Shown here: positions 8,729-16,579 of the stretch, in pieces
Layout of the letters: each line of letters starts with the position of its first letter
How positions within the stretch are numbered: position 1 is the first letter of the stretch
Source of the DNA: Candidatus Micrarchaeota archaeon
GTDB taxonomy: Archaea; Micrarchaeota; Micrarchaeia; Burarchaeales; Fermentimicrarchaeaceae
Assembly (NCBI GenBank): GCA_026396455.1
Contig: JAPLWT010000037.1
Location: forward strand, 1-33,820
DNA: 33,820 nt
Direction: 5' to 3'
Translations under genes and position numbers: made by a program
Notes under the pieces: model-generated
What the model was told of the DNA's origin: nothing
What the model saw: the letters and a program-made list of their open reading frames with translations, nothing else
Database searches by the model: none

Positions 8729-9775
8729 ATGCTTATTTCAAAGACTCTGAAATGCAAGGTCCTCAGTCCAACCCAGAAGAAGTGGGAACTGCTTAATCAG
8801 GAGTATACAAACTTTCAGATTTATGTAAGGAGTGGTAAAAATTTTGGAATCTACTCCCTAACAAAGGCGAATTTTGATTTTGTATATAAAAATAAAGCAA
8901 GAAAGAAGAAGCAGCCCATGCCTCTGCATAATCAGTCAACAAAATTCAAAATCACAGGCAGCAAACTGACTCCCTACTGGTTCAGAATTCCCGTTAAAGG
9001 CAAAAGAGGAGGCATCTGGCTCCCCATAAAACCACATGAGAATATAGACTCCAGCTGGGAAATCAGGGAAGCAAAAGTATTCAAGAGAAAGAAGGATTTC
9101 TGGATTTACATCACAATAAGGAAAGAAGTGGAATTGAAAACTTCATACTCTTCCGTACTTGCTCTGGATGTTGGCGAAAAAGTGATAGCGGCGGCCGTGC
9201 TGTCCAGTGTACGCAAACCAATCTTCTTGGGCAGGGAGGTAAGGGGGATTAGGAGGCACCATGCCTGGCTAAGAAAGAGACTGCAGGAAAGAGAATTGTT
9301 CAAGAAATTGAAAGAGATGAGAAGCAAGGAGAAGAGGAGAGTTGAACTGGTTCTGCATGAAGTGTCAAAATACATAGTGGAACTGGCAGAGAAGAACGAT
9401 TCAATAATTGTTTTAGGTGATTTGAAGGGAATAAGAAAGCAGGATAAGGGAAAAAGGTTCAACAGAATAATCAATTCCTTCCCATTCAGCAAACTCTCAT
9501 TCTTCATTGAGTACAAGGCGCATCTGAAAGGCATAGCAGTTGTGAAAGTCAGGGAGGATTACACAAGCAAAACATGCAACAGATGCGGAGAGGAAGGAAA
9601 GAGAGTGAGACAGGGGTTGTTCAAATGTTCTCACTGCAAATACCAGGCAAATGCAGACTTCAATGGTGCGATGAATATCCTGAAGAGGTCTTGGGAGCAT
9701 ATCTTTCAAGACGGGGCTGTTGCTTTCAGCCCAGAACCGCCGATGACTGAAAAGACGAGGGCGGAAGCACATTAA
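8729..9775 (+). CDS. tnpB: RNA-guided endonuclease TnpB (IS200/IS605 family), compact 348 aa, rearranged RuvC-II
   Basis: RuvC-I ALDVG; RuvC-II position VLGDL with alternative Glu in VREDYTSK; Zn finger CNRC/CSHC; RuvC-III NADFNGAMNI. Confidence 0.9.
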   Translation: MLISKTLKCKVLSPTQKKWELLNQEYTNFQIYVRSGKNFGIYSLTKANFDFVYKNKARKKKQPMPLHNQSTKFKITGSKLTPYWFRIPVKGKRGGIWLPIKPHENIDSSWEIREAKVFKRKKDFWIYITIRKEVELKTSYSSVLALDVGEKVIAAAVLSSVRKPIFLGREVRGIRRHHAWLRKRLQERELFKKLKEMRSKEKRRVELVLHEVSKYIVELAEKNDSIIVLGDLKGIRKQDKGKRFNRIINSFPFSKLSFFIEYKAHLKGIAVVKVREDYTSKTCNRCGEEGKRVRQGLFKCSHCKYQANADFNGAMNILKRSWEHIFQDGAVAFSPEPPMTEKTRAEAH

Positions 9776-9800
9776 TAAAACGTGCGAAGCAAAACATTCT
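9710..9800 (+). ncRNA. Putative 3' part of the TnpB omega/reRNA and degenerate element right end
   Basis: GGGCTG-ttgcttt-CAGCCC hairpin, GATGA, then GAAGCAC-attaataaaac-GTGC hairpin at the position usual for IS605 right ends; no clear terminal TCAC. Confidence 0.45.
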
Positions 9801-9801
9801 C

Positions 9802-10533
9802 ATGGAATTCGTCGACTCCCACTGCCATCTGGATGCATTCAAGAATTATGATGAAGTAATATCAAAGGCATTGAAAGCGGGAGTGAAAGCAATAGTGACC
9901 TCCGGTTGCTCTGGCAAGAATAATACGAAGACATTGGAGATAGCACAGAAATACCCAGAGCATGTCTTCCCTGTAATAGGGATAGCACCCCAGGAAGCAA
10001 TGGACATGGGAAATTTCGATTCAGCACTGTCGTTCCTAAAAGATAATAAAGCAAGGGTTGTCGGAGTAGGCGAGATAGGGCTTGACTTCCGCTGGGGCAA
10101 GACTCCCGAGCAGACTTCAAGGCAGAGGGAGTGCTTTGAGCTTTTCCTGGAATTCGCACTTTCTGAGAAACTCCCGCTTGTTGTGCACTCCAGGGAGGCT
10201 GAAAAAGAAGTGCTGGAGGTCATAATGAAGAGAGGTGCCGAGAAGGTTTTGCTGCACTGCTTCTCGGGGGATCTCTCCCTTGCTGAGACAGCAGCAGAGC
10301 ACGGCTTCCTGATGTCAGTTCCGCCAGTGCCGTCAAGAGGGAGGGAAAAGATAGTTAAACAAGTTCCGCTTGAAAACTTATTGCTGGAAACCGATGCCCC
10401 TTACCTGGGAGGAGAGCCTGCTGCGGTAAACGTCTCAGCCAGGATGATTGCGGATATCAAGGGCATTGATGTTGAAGAGGTTTCCCGCGTAACAACGAAG
10501 AGCTGCATAGCTCTTTTCAACCTGAGGTGTTAG
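9802..10533 (+). CDS. tatD: TatD family deoxyribonuclease
   Basis: DSHCH, GEIGLD, HSR, HCFSG, ETDAP. Confidence 0.95.
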   Translation: MEFVDSHCHLDAFKNYDEVISKALKAGVKAIVTSGCSGKNNTKTLEIAQKYPEHVFPVIGIAPQEAMDMGNFDSALSFLKDNKARVVGVGEIGLDFRWGKTPEQTSRQRECFELFLEFALSEKLPLVVHSREAEKEVLEVIMKRGAEKVLLHCFSGDLSLAETAAEHGFLMSVPPVPSRGREKIVKQVPLENLLLETDAPYLGGEPAAVNVSARMIADIKGIDVEEVSRVTTKSCIALFNLRC

Positions 10534-10534
10534 C

Positions 10535-10993
10535 ATGGCAGTGATTGATAAGCTGAGGTCATTAGTGAGGCCGAAAGAGGAGAAGAATATAGCCCTCTTA
10601 GTAGACGGTCCTAATGTTATAAGGAAGGATGTGAATGTGGATTTGGAAGGAGTGAAGAAGAAGGTTGAGAAATACGGGAAGATAAAGATATGCAAGGTAT
10701 TTCTGGACCAGTACGCTTCAGACAAGCTTATAGAGGCAGTCACGAACCAGGGGTATGAGCCCGTGATAACAACCGGGGATGTTGATGTCACCATGGCTGT
10801 TTATGCAGTTGAGCAGGTTTTCAACCCAAACATTCAGATAATTGCCTTGATGACAAGGGATATTGACTTCAGGCCAGTGATAGTGAAGGCAAAGGAGAAG
10901 GGCAAGGAGACAATAGTCATTGGGGCTGACCCCGGCTTCAGCGTTGCTTTGAAGAAGACTGCGGACATTGTAATATTTGCCGACACCCGATGA
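10535..10993 (+). CDS. NYN domain (LabA/DUF88, TIGR00288-like) PIN-fold nuclease
   Basis: LVDGPNV, GDVDV, TRDIDF, G..PGFS..L...AD. Confidence 0.9.
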   Translation: MAVIDKLRSLVRPKEEKNIALLVDGPNVIRKDVNVDLEGVKKKVEKYGKIKICKVFLDQYASDKLIEAVTNQGYEPVITTGDVDVTMAVYAVEQVFNPNIQIIALMTRDIDFRPVIVKAKEKGKETIVIGADPGFSVALKKTADIVIFADTR

Positions 10994-11047
10994 AAGGTTT
11001 ATATACCGCGGAAGGGATAGGTATTCATTGTTTTTTAGAGGTGGACC

Positions 11048-11272
11048 ATGACAGAAAAAAGACCATTTGACATTCTGAACGGAGCTCTTGGAGGCTCTGT
11101 GCTTCTTAAGCTCAAGGGCGGAGTTGAAGTAAGGGGCACCATGGCCTCATATGATGTCCATATGAATATAGTGCTTGAGAATGCCGAGCAACTTGAAAAC
11201 GGCGAAGTGAAGAGGAAGCTCGGCACGATGCTTGTGAGGGGAGATAACATAGTCTTCATATCACCCTCCTGA
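11048..11272 (+). CDS. lsm: Sm-like archaeal protein SmAP1 (Lsm)
   Basis: RPFD, YDVHMNIVL, VRGDNIVFISP; own TATA TTTATATA at 10998-11005. Confidence 0.95.
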   Translation: MTEKRPFDILNGALGGSVLLKLKGGVEVRGTMASYDVHMNIVLENAEQLENGEVKRKLGTMLVRGDNIVFISPS

Positions 11273-11289
11273 AACACCAGATTAGAATC

Positions 11290-11739
11290 TCAAATCCTTA
11301 GATCTCTCCCTATTGTTTCATATGCCTTCTTGCAATCATCCCACTTCACTATGAGTACTGCGGAGTCGAAGCTGGTTGACAAGCTGATTATATTTATGTT
11401 CTTGTTGTTGAGGACTCCTGCCAGTTTCGTGATTACCCCGGTCTTATTCATGAATTCGGTTCCCGTTACAGTCACCATGCCAAGATTTCTCATTATGGAC
11501 AGGGCGCCAAACGAAGAAGTCTTTGAGACTATATCTTCGAGTGCATCCCTCGCCTTCTCCATATCGGCATCATCCACAAAGAAGCTCACTGAGTATTCTC
11601 CAGTGGATATGCAATAGATGTTAACTCTCTTGTCGGAAAGAGCTGACGAGAACTTCGCTATAACTCCAGGGGTGATCCTTACTCTCTCACCAGTCACGGA
11701 CAAGGAACTTACCGGTCGCTTATAGAGCTTCAAATCCAT
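11290..11739 (-). CDS. Stand-alone tandem ACT domain protein (aspartokinase regulatory/CASTOR-like)
   Basis: Two ACT repeats: PGVIAKFSSAL..VNIYCISTGEYSVSF and GVITKLAGVL..INIISLSTS. Confidence 0.8.
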   Translation of the reverse strand: MDLKLYKRPVSSLSVTGERVRITPGVIAKFSSALSDKRVNIYCISTGEYSVSFFVDDADMEKARDALEDIVSKTSSFGALSIMRNLGMVTVTGTEFMNKTGVITKLAGVLNNKNINIISLSTSFDSAVLIVKWDDCKKAYETIGRDLRI

Positions 11740-11805
11740 CTTTCCACAGATTAAGTATAAATAATAATCTATATAAAAATCTACTGCATGAATTCACCGA
11801 AAAAA

Positions 11806-11891
11806 GGGCTCGTAGCTCAGCAGCAGAGCGTTCGCTTGGCGAATTATTTCCAAAATGCGAAAGGCCGCGGGTGCGAATCCCGCCGAGTCCA
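11806..11891 (+). tRNA. tRNA-Ala(GGC) with a 14-nt intron at 37/38 (11842-11855)
   Basis: Acceptor GGGCTCG/CGAGTCC-A with G3:U70; D stem GCTC/GAGC; anticodon stem TTCGC/GCGAA; TTGG pairs with intron CCAA (BHB-like); T stem GCGGG/CCCGC; no encoded CCA. Confidence 0.88.
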
Positions 11892-11999
11892 CTTTTAAGA
11901 TTGCTTTGGTCTCATTTTCGTTGTTTTTCATCTCGCTTTAGGCGGAAGTCTTTTAAATTAATACATTCATAAAGGTGCAGTCCGATATTGGTTTCTGCT

Positions 12000-14165
12000 A
12001 TGGGTGAAGATTTGGAATTAAATTTCGAAGAATATGCGCTTTGGAGCATAATAGCCATAGCTGTAATCAGCTTAGCATACGCGGTTTTTCTAATCAGGCA
12101 GATGCTGAAAGAGAGTGAAGGAACAGAAAAGATGAAAAGAGTTTCAAATGCAATAAGAGCCGGCGCAAATGCGTATTTGAATAGACAGTTCAAGGCAATC
12201 GCATCCATCATCTTGATACTCGCAGTTGCGCTCTATTTAACTGCGCAAGACGGAGGAATTGGTTTTGGAAGGGCTACTGCATTTGTGGTTGGCGCCATAT
12301 TTTCCGGAACCATTGGCTATGTTGGAATGAATACTGCAACTCGCGCAAATGTAAGGGTTGCAAACGCAGCCAAGAGAAGCTTGGGTGAGGCGCTAAGAAT
12401 CGCTTACAGGTCTGGTGCAGTTGTTGGGATGCTTACAAATGGTCTTGGTCTGTTGGGAAGCGTAGTAATATTCATGATTTATAGGGATAGGGCATATGAA
12501 GTCCTTCTGGGATTTGGTTTTGGGGGCACATTGCTTGCCTTATTCATGAGGGTAGGGGGCGGAATTTATACGAAAGCAGCTGATATTGGTGCAGATTTGG
12601 TTGGTAAAATTGAGAAGAATATCCCCGAAGATGACCCTAGAAATGCTGCGGTGATTGCCGATTTGGTTGGGGATAATGTCGGAGACTGCGCTGGAATGGC
12701 CGCGGATATTTTTGAATCTTACGAAGTTACCATTGTTTCAGCAATGATCCTAGGATTTGCTGCATTTGGCCACATGGGCGTGATTTTTCCACTCCTAGTC
12801 AGGGGGATAGGGGTTTTCAGCTCAATAATTGGAACGTATGCTGTCAGAGTAAGGAGCGAAACGGAAAACGCATTTGATGCAATTAAAAGAGGTTTTAACC
12901 TATCTGCCGTTCTTTCCATAATCGGCTTTGCCGTAGTAGCCGTATATTACGCGAATGATATTCGTTTCTTCTGGGCGACTCTTGCAGGGATAGTACTTGC
13001 GATCATGATAAACTACACTACAGAACACTTCACCTCAATTGAGAAAGACTTGGTAGGGGAACTTGCAAAATCAACAAAAACCGGAGCTGCAACCACAATA
13101 CTGACGGGGTTGGCGATCGGGCTTGAGAATTCCGTCTGGGCGGTAATAATAATCTCGGCAACAATCGCCGCATCCGCGGTTATCTTCCAAAGTGCTGGGG
13201 CGCTGGCCATTGCATACGGCGTATCCCTGACCGGGATAGGCATGCTCACCCTCACCGGCAATACAATCGCCATGGATGTATTCGGCCCAATATGTGATAA
13301 TGCAAATGGAATCGGCGAGATGGCAAAGATAGACAGAAAGGCGAGGCGGAGGTTGGCAAGCCTTGATGCAGTTGGGAACACTACCAAAGCAATAACCAAG
13401 GGAATTGCAATTGGCTCGGCAGTTATTGCGGCTGTTTCGCTTTTCCAGTCCTTCACTCAGATGACCGGCTTGGCAGGGATAAGGGTAGATAGGGTTGACC
13501 CGCTGGTTTTTGTAGGATTCTTGATTGGCGGGGCACTCCCGTTCATGTTCTGCTCGCTTATAATAAGGTCTGTGGGCAGGGCAGCCAACCTGATTGTGGA
13601 GGAAGTGAGGAGGCAGTTCAGGGAAGTGAAAGGTCTGTGGAATGGCACTGTGGAGCCGGATTATGCTAGAGTTGTCGATATATGCACCATCTCGGCGCAG
13701 AAGGAGCTGATTGCCCTTGGGGCAATTGCACTGCTGACCCCGATAGCGATTGGCCTGCTCCTGCACGAAGAAGCCCTTGGAGGTTTCCTTGCAGGCGCCA
13801 TACTGTCAGCGCAACTGCTTGCTGTTTTCATGGCCACTGCCGGTGGTGCCTGGGACAACGCGAAGAAAATGATAGAGGACGGACTTTATGGAGGTAAAGG
13901 CTCGGATGCGCATAAAGCGTCCATAGTCGGCGATACTGTCGGAGACCCGTTAAAAGACACTGCTGGTCCGGCACTTAACCCGATGATAAAGGTTATCAAC
14001 CTGGTTTCATTGCTCATTGCACCATTGATTATCGCCAATGAGCAGATGACCCCACAGGTTATCATTGCAATAATCGCATTGGTGGCAGCGATACTGATAG
14101 CAATATGGTACAGCAAGAAAGAGGCATACATAGGAGTGGATGAGTCGATACTGCGAAGGCGGTAG
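12000..14165 (+). CDS. hppA: Membrane-bound H+-translocating pyrophosphatase, K+-independent type
   Basis: GGGIYTKAADIGADLVGKIE, DDPRNAAVIADLVGDNVGD, GNTTKA (Lys variant), GDTVGDPLKDTAGP; start 12000 or TTG 12012. Confidence 0.95.
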   Translation: MGEDLELNFEEYALWSIIAIAVISLAYAVFLIRQMLKESEGTEKMKRVSNAIRAGANAYLNRQFKAIASIILILAVALYLTAQDGGIGFGRATAFVVGAIFSGTIGYVGMNTATRANVRVANAAKRSLGEALRIAYRSGAVVGMLTNGLGLLGSVVIFMIYRDRAYEVLLGFGFGGTLLALFMRVGGGIYTKAADIGADLVGKIEKNIPEDDPRNAAVIADLVGDNVGDCAGMAADIFESYEVTIVSAMILGFAAFGHMGVIFPLLVRGIGVFSSIIGTYAVRVRSETENAFDAIKRGFNLSAVLSIIGFAVVAVYYANDIRFFWATLAGIVLAIMINYTTEHFTSIEKDLVGELAKSTKTGAATTILTGLAIGLENSVWAVIIISATIAASAVIFQSAGALAIAYGVSLTGIGMLTLTGNTIAMDVFGPICDNANGIGEMAKIDRKARRRLASLDAVGNTTKAITKGIAIGSAVIAAVSLFQSFTQMTGLAGIRVDRVDPLVFVGFLIGGALPFMFCSLIIRSVGRAANLIVEEVRRQFREVKGLWNGTVEPDYARVVDICTISAQKELIALGAIALLTPIAIGLLLHEEALGGFLAGAILSAQLLAVFMATAGGAWDNAKKMIEDGLYGGKGSDAHKASIVGDTVGDPLKDTAGPALNPMIKVINLVSLLIAPLIIANEQMTPQVIIAIIALVAAILIAIWYSKKEAYIGVDESILRRR

Positions 14166-14203
14166 GGGCACGAATCCCGCCCGGTCCACTCTTAAGATTG
14201 CTT
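14154..14203 (+). repeat. Degenerate direct repeat of the tRNA-Ala 3' half plus trailer (att-like)
   Basis: CGAATCCCGCC-cg-GTCCACT-c-TTAAGATTGCTT versus tRNA end CGAATCCCGCC-ga-GTCCACT-t-TTAAGATTGCTT (11874-11906). Confidence 0.75.
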
Positions 14204-14275
14204 AGAATTATGCGAAAGCAGTGGCAAGCACAACATATAATAATCACGCCTTCTATTAGTACATCAGGTGATGGG

Positions 14276-14536
14276 ATGATGGATATTTGGGGGAGAGGTT
14301 ACAAAAGCGAGTGGTGGGGAAAGAAGACGAGAAAGCGATTCCTCATCTGGGCGAGCTATTTTGTAGTCGGTCTTTACCTCCTTGTACTGGCAGCATTCGT
14401 AATCCTTTCACTCTCTCTCCCGCAAACCGCAGCTGACCCAGCGCATATGGTATTCCTTAAGGAGTTCGTTCTCTACTTCAGCTCTCCGGTAATCCTTTTT
14501 GCGATATTGCTGGTTCTTTGGAGCAGGGAGATATAG
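14276..14536 (+). CDS. Small hypothetical 2-TM membrane protein
   Basis: AGGTGA SD before MMDIWG; two hydrophobic helices. Confidence 0.6.
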   Translation: MMDIWGRGYKSEWWGKKTRKRFLIWASYFVVGLYLLVLAAFVILSLSLPQTAADPAHMVFLKEFVLYFSSPVILFAILLVLWSREI

Positions 14537-14616
14537 CAATCTTAAGAATTGCAAAACTCATTTTTGAGTAGTATTTATAAGCGTTTATAACTATAAAATG
14601 TAAAGTAGGTGTTTTT

Positions 14617-14955
14617 TTGAGTGGTGATGAAGCGCTAGATAAGTGCAAAACAGTGGATTGTATCCTTGATATTTTCGGGAGGAGATGGACCGTTCGCATT
14701 TTTTCGAGGCTGCTCTACGCTGATAAAAGGATGGGTTTCAATGAACTGCTAAGAGCAACGCCGGGCATAAATCCAAAAATGCTGGCTGACCGGCTCAAGA
14801 GCCTTGAGGCGAATAACCTTGTGAAAAGAGAGGTTGAAAAAACCCCCATAAGGAGCTACTATTCGCCCACAGAGGCTGGGCGGGATTTGAGGGATACAGT
14901 TGAAGTGATGCTCAGCTGGAACAAAAAATGGGGAGCAATTAAGTGTAAAAAGTAG
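14617..14955 (+). CDS. HxlR-family winged-helix transcriptional regulator
   Basis: C.VD.ILDIFGRRWT, FNEL, GINPKMLADRLKSLE, Y.PTEAG; TTG start after GGTG. Confidence 0.9.
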   Translation: MSGDEALDKCKTVDCILDIFGRRWTVRIFSRLLYADKRMGFNELLRATPGINPKMLADRLKSLEANNLVKREVEKTPIRSYYSPTEAGRDLRDTVEVMLSWNKKWGAIKCKK

Positions 14956-15034
14956 CGCATCAAAACTATTTTAATTCCACCTGCGTAATAATTGTAACTG
15001 GTTCTGAGGTTCTAGGGAGAGATGAGTGTGTTTT

Positions 15035-16579
15035 ATGGCCGAAGTAAAAAGAGCTTTGATAAGCGTTTCAGATAAGAGCGGGGTTGCGGAATTCGCAAAG
15101 GGACTTTCCGAGCTTGGGATAGAGATGATATCAACGGGGGGTACAGCAAAAATTTTGAGGGAGAAAGGAATTCAGGTTAAGGAAGTTTCCGACATTACGG
15201 GTTTCCCTGAGATGCTTGACGGGAGAGTTAAGACGCTGCACCCGAAGATACACGCGGGCATACTGGCATTGAGGAACAAGAAGGAGCATCTTGAACAGCT
15301 GGCGAAACAGGGGATTGAAGGGATAGACCTTGTTATCGTTAACCTCTACCCGTTTGAGCAGATTATTTCCAAGAAAGTTTTTAGACATGAGGATGCAATT
15401 GAGAACATAGATATAGGCGGACCAACGCTCATACGGGCGGCTGCCAAGAATTATGAGAGCATAGGTGTTGTTGTCGATCCAGCGGATTATCCGGAAGTTT
15501 TGAAGGAGCTTAGGGAAAACAAATCGCTGGCACTTCAAACTAGGGAGAGACTTGCTACAAAGGCATTCCAGCATACGGCGAGGTATGATGCATTCATAGG
15601 TGGTTATTTTGAGAAGAAGTTTGGCGGAGAGATGTTCCCCAAGTTCCTTACTCTGAGTTTTGAGAGGGAGATGGACCTGCGCTATGGAGAGAACCCGCAC
15701 CAGAAAGCATCATTCTACAGGGAACTGGAAAGCGACGAGGCATCGATTTCAAAAGCAAAAAAACTACAGGGAAAGGAGATATCTTACAACAATATGCTTG
15801 ACGCGGACTCCGCCCTTGAGCTTCTCAAGGAGTTTGAGGAGCCTGCAGTTGTAATAGTGAAGCATAACAGCCCCTGCGGTGTCGCAGTTAACAAGAACCT
15901 CAAGGATGCCTACCTGAAAGCAAAAGCAACCGACCCAGAGGCAGCCTTCGGAGGAGTCGTCGCGCTTAACAGGACTGTTGATGCGGGTACTGCAGAACAG
16001 ATAATTTCTGTGCTCACGGATGTTGTGGTCGCCCCGCACTATTCCAGAGAGGCTCTGGAGATTTTCAGCAAAAAGAAGAATATGAGGGTTCTTGAAGTCG
16101 GCAGTTTCTCTACGAAGAAAAATGAGAGGAGGGAACTGAGAAGCATAAATGGGGGAATTCTAGTAGAAGGGAGGAACACGAAGCTGCTGATTGGTGAGCC
16201 AAAGGTTGTTACAAAAAGAAAGCCAACTGAAGCTGAGATGAAAGCGCTCTTGTTTGCATGGAAAGTATGCAAACACGTTAAATCAAATGCGATAGTGTAC
16301 AGTTTCGAGGACAGGACCGTGGGGATAGGGGCTGGGCAGATGAAGAGATCTGATGCGTCGAAGCTGGGCGCAATGAAGGCGGTTGAATCATTAAGAGGCG
16401 CAGTCCTGGCGTCGGATGCATTCTTCCCATTCAGGGATGCAATTGACATTGCAGTTCAGGCAGGGGTCACTGCAATAATACAACCGGGCGGATCAAAGAA
16501 CGACCAGCAGGTAATAGATGCCTGCAATGAGCACAATATAGCTATGGTTTTCACGGGAATAAGGCATTTCAGGCATTAG
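15035..16579 (+). CDS. purH: Bifunctional AICAR transformylase/IMP cyclohydrolase
   Basis: RALISVSDK, STGGTA, GRVKTLHP, IDIGGP, LRYGENPHQ, KHVKSNA, SDAFFPF, RHFRH. Confidence 0.97.
   Translation: MAEVKRALISVSDKSGVAEFAKGLSELGIEMISTGGTAKILREKGIQVKEVSDITGFPEMLDGRVKTLHPKIHAGILALRNKKEHLEQLAKQGIEGIDLVIVNLYPFEQIISKKVFRHEDAIENIDIGGPTLIRAAAKNYESIGVVVDPADYPEVLKELRENKSLALQTRERLATKAFQHTARYDAFIGGYFEKKFGGEMFPKFLTLSFEREMDLRYGENPHQKASFYRELESDEASISKAKKLQGKEISYNNMLDADSALELLKEFEEPAVVIVKHNSPCGVAVNKNLKDAYLKAKATDPEAAFGGVVALNRTVDAGTAEQIISVLTDVVVAPHYSREALEIFSKKKNMRVLEVGSFSTKKNERRELRSINGGILVEGRNTKLLIGEPKVVTKRKPTEAEMKALLFAWKVCKHVKSNAIVYSFEDRTVGIGAGQMKRSDASKLGAMKAVESLRGAVLASDAFFPFRDAIDIAVQAGVTAIIQPGGSKNDQQVIDACNEHNIAMVFTGIRHFRH

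Noticed and set aside
8729-9900. TnpB as a Cas12f/Cas14 CRISPR effector
   Set aside because: No repeat-spacer array and no cas1/cas2/cas4 in the window; the 3' end looks like an IS605-type omegaRNA region.
14154-14190. Functional or split tRNA half
   Set aside because: The T stem is disrupted, it overlaps the hppA stop, and there is no promoter or complementary leader; treated as an att-like remnant.
13013-14247. Several antisense/alternate-frame ORFs over hppA (and likewise over purH, thiL, glmU, glmM, kae1)
   Set aside because: They overlap confidently identified genes and carry no motifs.
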